From contig JAAILG010000002.1 in the NCBI GenBank assembly GCA_012026655.1, forward strand, positions 62,001 through 126,000: a stretch of DNA of 64,000 nt, read 5' to 3'. Shown here one piece after another: positions 54,100 through 64,000 of this stretch. Every line of letters starts with the position of its first letter. Position 1 is the first letter of the stretch. The translations under genes were made by a program, and so were the position numbers. The DNA comes from Hydrolagus affinis (Eukaryota). A model generated the notes under the pieces. It was given only the letters and a program-made list of their open reading frames with translations, was not told where the DNA came from and searched no databases.

Positions 54100-54660
54100 A
54101 ACAACAACAAAATTACATTTATGGAGCACCTTTCACACTGGGAGGACGTCCCAAGGTGCTGAACAGTCAGGGTTCGGGACCTGAGCATGGGGGGGGAAGG
54201 GCAAGGTAGAGGGAAGGAGAGGGAGAGAAGTGGGAGGGTTTTGAGACATGCCTTGAAGGAGGGAAGGCAGGAAGCGAGGCGAAGGGACTGTGGAAAAGAG
54301 TTCGAGAGTGTGGGGGAAGTGAGGCTAAAATCCCAGCCACCGATGATAGGTTGGGTTGGATGGGGGACATGAAGCCACTGAACAGAGTGGGGGCAGATTG
54401 GAGAGGTAGGAGGGGGCAAGGCTGTGGATGGCCTTGAAAGTGAGGACGTGGATCTTGAATTTGACCCTCTGGGGGAATGGGGAGCCAATGGAGCTGGGAG
54501 AAGGTGGGAGTGATGGGGTCGCAGAACCTGGTGCGAGAGATGACATGAGCTGCAGAGTTTTGGACGATCTGTAGCTTGTGAAGGGTGGAGCTGGGAAGGC
54601 CGACAAGGAGGGAGTTTCCGTAGTCAAGCCTTGATGTGACGAATGCATGGGCGTGGGTAA
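54100..54660 (-). mobile_element. L2 LINE 3' fragment (ORF2 C-terminus and 3' UTR)
   Basis: [37 protein letters not shown]...[12 protein letters not shown] and [22 protein letters not shown] are classic L2 ORF2 C-terminal motifs, frameshifted. Tail at 54100-54165. Confidence 0.93.
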
Positions 54661-55784
54661 TCAGATCTGTCAAAGGCCTCGGGATGTCCTTCCGACACGA
54701 AAGGCCCTACTTAAATATTAATTTCTGCTGCATTGTAATAAAATGAGTTATTGATATACACAGGCTTGTTCACTCCAGCTGTAATCTAATGTTAAAGTTA
54801 TCAGCATTCTTTTAACAGGGATATCAATACTTGTTTTCTGTTTCATATTCTAACTTGATGTACGTGGGGACCAAAACAAAACCTCTGTATTCTGTAAATA
54901 CAGCAACTGTCCATAGTGATTCAGCATTCCTCCAGGAATGATAGGCACTATACCAGAATTATTATTTCCTCCACTGGAGCTATATATCCTAATCCCACAT
55001 TCCCTACCTATATCCCCTGTACATATTATTTTGTTTCTTTTCAAACACTTCAATTCGCTTTCAAAGGCTGTGCACTGAATACAGAAACAACCGGTGTTTA
55101 TTTTGGTATGCGGTGATGGCATTTTTAATATTGTTTTCCCTGTTAAAGTATTCTTAGGTACCTTTTTTGACCTATCGAGACATTAAAGCCTTGCAAACCT
55201 TGATGATCAATAATATTTCTTTAAATATTTTATGGTAGTGTGCGTTCTTTTTGCGTTCAAGAATAATTTAGTGTGATGGTAGATTGAAATCTTAAAAGAG
55301 AATATTTTTGCAGCTTTCACAGTGTTGTCAACATTACTTTCAGAAATTAAAAGACAAGTGTTTAAACAAATGCACCTCCAGTTTATCAAATGCTGTGGTT
55401 TAGTCGAGTAAATGCTGGATGATGAATTGAATCTATGAGTAAAGAAAACTTTGCCATGCATAATATTGGGTCCTTATTAATACCATTCAGACTTTGTAAA
55501 CTTTCACTTGGTAAAAGGACTGGAAATTCAACACATTCCATTTAGTTTAGTCAATGATTCATGACCAATAACCAATTAGTCACAAACGAATGAACATTTA
55601 ATTTATCTCCTAATTGAAGACTGCTATGGACATGACCACAATCTTTACTCATCGCTAAGGGTCTAACGTGTGGCGATTTGTAATCGATGTTGCAAATAGG
55701 GACCCCTGCTGGTGCTTGAAAGTGTGTTACACTGGCCTGTGGGATTCCCGCAATCTTCCTCTAAGCGCTAACCACATGCATTTT

Positions 55785-55888
55785 AATAATAATAATCCTT
55801 GCATTTGATACAGCACTTTTCATGTCTTCGAGACGTATGAAAGCGCTTCACATAATTTACTGTAAAGTGTATCATTGTGGGGGCGAAA
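55785..55888 (-). mobile_element. SINE 3' fragment
   Basis: (AAT)n-ccttgcatttgatacagcacttttcatgtcttcgagacg...gcgcttcac. Confidence 0.85.
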
Positions 55889-57384
55889 AACACATGTTTT
55901 TCACTTACATTAGCGATCTAAACACAGCGAGTGACACTTTCTAAACCGTGTTGCCGAATCTTACAAATATTACACTGATCTTTAAATTTGAACCAGATTT
56001 ACTCATTCTCATATTTACTCAGTTTCCTTGTCATCTCCCCGCAGAAGTTCTTCAATCATCTTGACAGCAGATATGGGAATTCAGTCTATGCACACATGAT
56101 TGTCGTTGACATCATTGCATATGTTCCATCGCTCATGCAAACAGCTAAAATGCTGTCAAGTGGAAACACGATCATTAAAGAACACGGAGGAAGATGAAAG
56201 TAGCAGAAAGTGCCAGAGAAAGGTAGATAATAGAATCAATGATTATGTTGCAATTACTCAACTACACAATATCAGATAATTACTTTGTGGGCAGTTATCT
56301 AACTGATTAATTGTCCTTAGGAGATGTTATTCATAACAATTACTGAATTAATTTTAAAGATAGAGGACTTGGAATCAAATGGCCTAAAATGCTTTCATCT
56401 AATTTGGTCTTTTGAAACGCAATTGCCAAAATTTCATTCATGCAGTAAAGGCTATTATGAAGCAACATATTTAATATATATGTGTACTACCATTCATAAA
56501 CACGTAAAACACAATTAATATACATTACATTAACCTCAGCCAGACACAATCTATTCAATTTAATTGGACAGCAGCCTTGCCTACTAACGCCATGATGTTT
56601 CGACTATTTGGGGATTCGATGTCAGCAAGGTCAGATATCATGCTATGAAACCAGCGAGGGATTTGCAGTTGTATTTGCTTTCTGGGTCATGTCTTAAGAG
56701 TGATTGACATTAGTTCCTTGAATTTTTACTGATTTGTCTGCGGCTCAACTTGTCTTAGCTGAATTTAATGAAAAGCAGTGAAGGGTGGCCTTGCAACAGT
56801 AGCTCAATTCTTGCGGACCCACAGTTCAGAGTTCTCTGCGATAACTGTCCGATTTCAGTATTAATGTACTGTGTTGCTTTAATGTGTCAGATGGTACAGT
56901 ATTGGAATTGCATACCCCATGCTCTCGATCATTTAATGATTTAGGGAAAATGCAGCATTGTATTTGTCAATTATTTCTGGGTCTTTGAATGCAAGAAACA
57001 TAGAATCAAAGATTCATCCTCAGTGATCTGAGTAAAGCAACTACAGACTCTTGAAATTAACCTCCACCACATAAAGACAATTTATGATCTTCATGATGAA
57101 TGATACTACAAAGAATACGTATAAATAGTGAGCCTTCTTTAGCACAGAGAAGTCAGACATCATTACAGGCAGTGTTACCATAATTTGGGGTCAACAAACT
57201 TTACTTTAACCAAACTTCTCAGCATTTTGCAAGTTTCCCAATCCGTTAAATATCCATTCAGGAGGAAACAGTAAAGGAATATCTTTTACAAAAGGTAAGA
57301 CAAATACAGTCCCCACTGTTTGACAAACTTTTTCTCCCTTTGCCGTTGACTATTTGAAGTAAGAAAAAGTGCAAGTGTCAGTAT

Positions 57385-57720
57385 TGTTGCTGGTTTTCAA
57401 GAGGACATCTCAAAATGCTTCACAGGGTTTAGGGTAAAGTGTAGCAACTATGCACAGTACTTTGTAGGCGAAAGAGGCAGCCAACCTGTGCACATCTATT
57501 TCCCACAAACAGCCATTAAGTGAATGATCAATGAATACTAGGAGAAAATCCCTTCTCTTTTCGAGCTGCGATCTTTAACATCTATCTGTTAAACCAACAC
57601 CCCGGTTTAATGTCTCATCCGAAGGACGGCATCTCAGACTATGTAAATATGAGCGCAAAGTCCCGGGTTGGGGGTTTTCTGACTTAGAAGCAAGCGCCAC
57701 CAACTAGGCTTGGGCTGACA
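57385..57720 (-). mobile_element. Near full-length Deu-domain SINE
   Basis: ccggtttaatgtctcatccgaaggacggcatctc (reverse complement of the Deu core), flanked by reverse-complement tail and head (ttctgacttagaagcaagcgccaccaact). Confidence 0.8.
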
Positions 57721-60182
57721 CTTGATCGTGAATGTTAATAAATTATAAGAATAGTGACAATCACAGATTTGACACTGTGCGCATGGCGAAAAACATTATA
57801 TAATTAAATTCTAAGCCCTTGTCATCTTACCTGTCCTCAGCAGGTGCACGTTCAAAGAACGAGACTAGGCAGTAGCGCCTTATTTTCTTGATCTGCCAGC
57901 TTTAAGATTAAATGCAAGAGGCCCTCATCTCTGTAATATATAAGCATCCCTTTCTTAGGTTGTCATCCAAGCCATATTACTAAGAATAAACCAAATAAAG
58001 ATTACTCTTGAAAGGCAACAGATTATTGGTGAAGGATTAGAAATCCAGTCTAATCTCCACAAACATTAAATATTTAACATTTTGGAATGTAGGTGACAGC
58101 ACAATATTTGCACATTTCAATTACATTTGCATCAATTAAATAAAACATAAGGGCGGAAAAATAAAACTAACTGAAAACACAACTCTAGAAACCAATGATT
58201 TAATTATTGCTTACACTCTGATTAACACCGCAATTTTCGAAAGGCGGAATAAATACTCAGAACGGATTCACATGGGAATAGATGCCATATGATTCAAGAG
58301 ATAACATGTCACACTGTGCTTCAAAAGCATTACCAGGAAACAAGGGTGGAAACTACAGTCCAGGCTGTTTACAAACTTTATCTGACATATTTTATATTCC
58401 CTCCACGTGAGCAAAGAAGAGTTAATCCAGATCCAAATTAAACAGTTACAGATGTCGTTCCATTTCCATAATTATTTTCTGTTCATGACAAATAGAAATT
58501 GGACTAATATTTTGGGACACACATCAATGCCACCATATGTTACACTACATCATTGATCCCTCGCACTGCAAGATTAGATAGGTGATTGGAGAATTCAGTT
58601 TACTTGCTTTGGACAATATTTAATAGCCATCGCAGCTCCCGATTCAAAAAATCTCACTCACATAAAATATTTATGAAATGGTCCAATCGTTTCCAGAAAT
58701 CTGTATATACACAGTGTGACTGTGTGTGGATAATATCCAGTTTCAGATTTGCGTCAGTCACGCAGTTCCAACTGCAACCACAGAAATGCTTTGCACAACT
58801 TAAACTTTTCCTTGAACACGTTTATTTTTCCAAATGTTTTTAATGTATTGTGCAATTAAGGCTACATGGTTAATGACTTCATATAATGCAGAGCAACCAT
58901 AGGAACTGAAGTTTACCTGGCACATCCCAGGTAAAGTGTTGATGCTATAAGTGGCTATAAGAAACCCACATCACAGACGTAGAGTATTGTGTGATAGCTG
59001 TGCAGAATTTATCAAGGGGACACAAAGCATTAATATGGGAGATGTATACTGCTTATGTGGCTGGTGGGCCCACCCGAGACATTAGATGAATGAAGCTTAT
59101 AGTTCTCTCACATATTTGTTCCTGTGCTAAAGCGGGTAGACAGTTTACCAACTTACAGCAGACCCTGGAGGGTGTATGTGAGTTATACCTTATCAGATGT
59201 GAGAGAATAGTGAGCCTTTATCCATTTGTGTCGTGTATAAACAGATTAGGACTGTGGCAGCCATCAGTCAGACTTTATCTGTGGACGTTACACTCCAGTC
59301 TCCAAAGGACCCTAGAAAAAGAGTAATCCCCCATTTATATTGGTTGTTTTTCAATTTATCGAAAAAGACAAGTTCGCTCTAATTATATTTGTGTTTCAGA
59401 TGAAGTATTACTTGTCATTATTAATGATGTTATATTTCACTCCAACAGGGGAAAGCTGCTACTGTGAGAAACCGCATGCAACTGACTCGCAGTCGCAACC
59501 GCTATGTTGTCATTTTTCAGGCCAGAAACCTAACAAAACCTTTTGCACTCTCTTTCGGAGAGTTAAGAATGTGCTCCTTTCTTTTCTATTGGTGCATGAA
59601 TGCTGAAGCGCAGTGCGTTGGGAAGCAAGTACAGTAACTTTTTGAAAGCAATGACTATTGCAGCAAAATCCATCGCCTAACACTAGAAGAGGTTAAAAAT
59701 CAATAGAGAAGCATAAAGCTGCCACATACTTCGCCCTTGTCTCATGTATATTGTGCCTAAAACCCTTGACAAGGCTGTGGAGCAGCTGGGCACAGTTGGA
59801 CACAAATAGCAACTCGTTTTAACGGCAATGATCTTTCCGCTCATTTTTAAAAAAAATTCTAATTAGAGTGGACTTGTCCTTCAAGGCATTGTTTGTCAAC
59901 CAGACTGAACAAAAAAGGGAAGGAAGAAAACGACAAGGAGATGGCAATGTTACAACGCAGCTGGAATTCAAAAATGGAACTTCCATGCATTGTGACCTTT
60001 TCTAAAAGCAAGTAAGATTTTTTTTGATGGAGTGGTGGGGGGGTGGGGGGGTGTGATGTTAGGATCAGCATAGACCCATATCTCCAGCAGAGATAATATC
60101 CATCTAACATTGAGATCTTATCTCTGAAAAGGAGATGGATCATTCAGATCCTAACCTTCCAAACCGAAACATTTTAGTCCAC

Positions 60183-60405
60183 TTCATCAGAGAGAAACTC
60201 CCTCTCTCTTCTGGATTAGCGCAATGGGATCTTTAAAGCAGACTTCATGACTGTTTGTGGGGTACTGTTGTGTGAATGGGCTGCTGCATTCACTTACAAA
60301 TACGCACTCACTCCACAATACAGTAAGTCTTGTGAAGTGTTTTTGAGATATCCTCTTAACAGAGAAGGCTCTATACCAGATGCAAGGATTACCAGTATTA
60401 TTATA
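60183..60405. mobile_element. Minus-strand Deu-SINE fragment (about 60183-60245) abutting a plus-strand SINE 3' half (about 60248-60405)
   Basis: gagaaactccctctctcttctggattagcgcaatgggatcttta, then gactgtttgtggggtactgttgtgtg...gatgcaaggattaccagtattatt. Confidence 0.6.
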
Positions 60406-60696
60406 GTACTTCATTAAGGTCCATACTTACCTATATTTTAATGTAACAAAATCCATGTCTTTTTCAGGTTACTGAATCGGCCAGTTTCCAGGTGCTTTCT
60501 CGCCAGCACATAAAAGCAGAGGAGGTGTGGTAGCTGTGCTTTTCGCGAATACCAAGCTAGCAGAACCTGAGATGTGACAATGCCACATAAGCTGCCAGAC
60601 ACACTTTCCTCAGCTCAGAATAACAGCCGTGGTGATTAAAGATGGAGCTCCTCAACTCTGTTACACAACAAAATTAACAACCATCATAATAAAGGC

Positions 60697-60768
60697 ACCG
60701 CTAAACTATGCACTCAATTTACTTCCTTAGGAAGTAAAGGAAGTAGATTGAGTGCATAGTTTAGCGGT
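60697..60768. repeat. 72-bp nested hairpin
   Basis: ACCGCTAAACTATGCACTCAAT(T)TACTTCCT pairs with AGGAAGTA(G)ATTGAGTGCATAGTTTAGCGGT. Confidence 0.92.
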
Positions 60769-60965
60769 AAATAAAACAACAAATTGGTTATTTCAATCCA
60801 CGACTGTTTGTGGGGACGCTGCTGTGCGCAATTGGCTGCCACGTTTCGCCCACAAATATATAGTCAATTCACTTTATAGTATATTCTGTGAAGCGCTTTG
60901 AGACGTCTAGAAGACGTGAAAAGCGCTATATCAAATGCAAGGATATTATTATTAGTAGTATTATT
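60769..60965 (+). mobile_element. 5'-truncated, young-looking tRNA-family SINE
   Basis: Body and tail very close to the family consensus with CpGs intact; the head is absent. Confidence 0.92.
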
Positions 60966-62253
60966 AAACAGCACACCAGATGCATAGGATTCTGTGATGG
61001 TTAAAATATTCCACGGTTTACAAAATGATCAGATCCAGGAGATGCATCACCACATGTACAGCAACCTTGTGGCCACAAACATTCAAAACATCGTCCTCAG
61101 AAATAAAACGTTGCCACTTCTGTTCCTTTGATCCAATTCTTAATGTAGATTATAGGGGTTACCCTACCTCCTCTATCCCACACTCCCCTTCTTGTCTTTT
61201 TAACAGTAATAATGAAGACATTAGGTATGAATGAACTTGAAACCAAACCGAAGATCTATACAGGTGGTACTAAAGATGTTTTCATTGCGATAAAGGAAAT
61301 TCAGATTGAGGTGATATAATGGCAGAGCCAATTCTAACCACCCAAACTCTATACAGTATTTTGCCTGTGGTGTAAACAGTAAGGAGTCGCATATCGCAAT
61401 CTACTAAATTAACACAAGCCCTTTAAAATATTCTGTTGCAGACTCGCTGCTTGTCAATAAAGCTCAATTTATCAAAGGAATCAGAGACACTTGAAAAATG
61501 GTACCAATTTCATGCAAACAATTCTCCGGAAAACTCCCTTGGCTGATTATTGACAGGTTTGGCCATTCTCCTGTGGTGAACCAATCAAAGTGACAATTTT
61601 GCTTTTCGCTTCAATATGACTTGTTTGCCTCCCGCTGCGCCAAAAGAAAAGCTGAAGCATAGAAAGTATCAATTATAGGTGCGTTTACAAGCCCGCTGGA
61701 AGCGCGTTGGCAAATTCGCAGATGCAAAATTGTCTCCTTTTGTCGAGGCGGTTTTGCATTAAGAGGCAGGTTGAGAGCAGTTAACCAGCCGTGAGAATAA
61801 TCATTTTGTCAGGACAAAATAAGTTCTCTATTGGGCAAGCTGGGATACAGTTACCAGAGATAGAGAACCGAGGGCAAGAAACTTGCTGCTCCCACCTCTG
61901 TTGTAGGCACTTTTGCATTGACAAGACTAAGCATAGGGATACTGAAGCAATGGGAGGAGATTGCCTCAGGAAATGGGAATGATTGGCTGAGAACAGAGAA
62001 CACAGGTGCTAACTTGGGATTGGGCATTCGCTTGTGAAAACTTTGCTGTGTGAACTGCGCATCGCTTGTCCACCGGTTGAAACTTTTGCAGATAGCCTCC
62101 ACTGGATTGCCTGTGGGTGTCCTAACCCCCTGGTGGATAAGGTGCTGCCCTTACACCCAGGAGAGGAGAGCAATGATGGGGAAATGTTTCTGTCGCGGCA
62201 AATGTTGATCTGCGTCTCCGCAAAAGAAGAAATGGCCATTCGGGCAGATGTAC

Positions 62254-62561
62254 ATAATAATAATCCATGCATCTGAAGTAACACTTTTCACAACTTCTAG
62301 GCGTCTCAAAGCACTTCACAGAATGTGCTGTAAAGTGAATTGACTGTATAAATGTTGGCGAAATGCGTCAGACGATTGCGCACGGCGGTGTCCCACAAAC
62401 AGTCGTGGATTGAAATGACCAATTTATTAGTTGGGTTTTCAAAGGATTATTATCAGGCGTGTGGAGTAAGGAAACTTGGCCAAGGTTTTAGCCCCTCGGG
62501 AATCAAACCCAGGTTTCTCACTTGTAAAGCGAGTGGTCTAACCACTGAGCTACAGGACTCC
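62254..62561 (-). mobile_element. Full-length tRNA-derived SINE
   Basis: Reverse complement of the family, ending in ctaaccactgagctacaggactcc. Confidence 0.92.
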
Positions 62562-64000
62562 AATTAGCTGACATCAATTAGCTCTTTAGTTTAGGTAATC
62601 ATAGTTTGATATCTATTGCCTGTGGAATTTCACCAGTCTTACCCAAAGTGACTGTGCCAAAAATCAGGGTCACCATGACCCTCAAAGCCACAGCTCGATT
62701 CCAGTCGCAAAGGACATCTTCGCAAGATCTATTGTTGTTTGACACCGTTGCTTCCTTTGCCAGCACCAAACCCGCTTTAAAAACACTACTCCATTAATCC
62801 TGGGCCTGGAAACTCAGGCTCTTTAGATCATTTACTTCAGATATGGTCTTCTCCTGAGATTCCTTCAATTTGTCCTCATCCTCCTTGGAACAGTGATGGC
62901 AACCACGATAAGAACAAGTGCCATGTTGCTGTCCTGTTGATGACAGCTTTGAGTTTGAATTATAGCTACTGTGTGCGCAGGTCACTTAAGTATTCAGAAA
63001 CTGCAATGTGCCTACATTTAATTGGATCCACCACAGCTCTGGAAACCTGCTGCTGAGATTTCGAACTCTGTTAGAAACTGGGAGCCTCTGTCCGCGGCAT
63101 AGGATAGTTTTGTCGTGGCCAACTTTTATTATGCCATCAGCAAAAATGGCCCAGAGTTGGAGATTAACTTTGATTGTCAAGTCAGTTACCATTCATTGGT
63201 AACAGAAGTCGATTAAGCCTCAACTTGACAGTGTTACACTTGCACGCTTGCAGATCTGAACTAATATGTTTCCTTCTCTATAGGTCAACTGAACATCTGA
63301 TCTAAAGATACGCAGCAAAAATTAAAGTGGTGGAACAACATTTTGTTATCTGAAATTAATTTAGCTGATGCCTTCTCAGTAGAATGGGATTCCTAAAGGA
63401 GAAAGCGCCAGGATAGTCTCACAGCAAACTCCACCTTATCTGTTCCCTTTGTTTGCGGCTGCTCTCCTTGGCCAATCAAATTTGCAAATCACCTCTTCCT
63501 TTACCTACTTTGGTCTTTTGTCCCTGATATTTTTAACGCTCATGTCTCCCCCTTTGCCAGTTGCTATAACCCTCGTCACTCTCGTCATTATCCCACTTTG
63601 TCCACTCACACTCTTTTGTGCTTATTATCTGAAACAAAAACAGAAGTTGCTGGGGAAACTCAGCAGGTTAGGCAGCATCCATGGAGAAAGGAAAAAGAGT
63701 CAACGTTTGGGGTCTACAACCACTTTCTTGTCTATTTTATACCAGGGGCCGCCTGCAATTGCATTGGTGAATCTCATACACTGTTGACCTGCTGATCAAC
63801 TCTGTGTTAAAACAGTATGGATCAGTCTCTTCACTGCCAATAATGCCGAGTGGGACTGGATTAGTAGCAATCTAGCCATAAACTATACAGTACGTATTTG
63901 AAGCTGCAACTCACAATATTAAGCTTGTACACTTGTAGCTCTGAACTACATTTTCTGTCCTACATTTACAACGCATAATAGATTCAATTTGATCATCGTA

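Noticed and set aside
57831-57900. Minus-strand donor CAG|GTAAGA with a short open frame
   Set aside because: No convincing acceptor or polypyrimidine tract, and no recognisable peptide.
861-62561. Recurrent similar sequences as a CRISPR-like or regularly spaced array
   Set aside because: They are dispersed, in both orientations and variably 5'-truncated, which is typical of SINE/LINE copies rather than a repeat-spacer array.
62794-63192. Two adjacent in-frame minus-strand ORFs separated by one stop (possible pseudogene or readthrough)
   Set aside because: No recognisable homology or splice signals; compatible with chance.
1-64000. The 60-190 aa ORFs of the supplied track as genes
   Set aside because: They are short and overlapping, many start at non-ATG codons or run through repeats and microsatellites, and none has a recognisable domain except the L2/CR1 remnants.

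Overview
Eukaryotic, AT-rich, almost entirely non-coding vertebrate DNA. The repeat content (SacSINE1/AmnSINE1-type Deu SINEs, a tRNA-headed SINE with an L2-type tail, CR1 and L2 LINE remnants) points to a cartilaginous fish, possibly elephant-shark-like; this is inferred, not verified. The window looks like large intron(s) or gene flank. It carries about 20 SINE copies, L2/CR1 fragments, three TA-flanked Tc1/mariner(pogo/Tigger)-type MITEs, a microsatellite-dense block at 37.3-39.5 kb and a 135-N assembly gap. The only host coding signal I can support is two small, phase-compatible minus-strand exons (39290->=39368 and 38261-38337) of a gene I cannot name. Nearly all ORF-track entries are spurious. 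The most unusual structures are a ~295-bp near-perfect palindrome (10093-10387), repeated head-to-head fusions of L2/SINE 3' tails, a nested hairpin replacing the 5' end of a truncated SINE (60697-60768), and an apparent excess of TACAGTA/TACTGTA footprint-like heptamers. There are no prokaryotic features, CRISPR arrays or rRNA genes, and no clear-cut novel multi-gene system is visible. Repeat boundaries are by eye and approximate.
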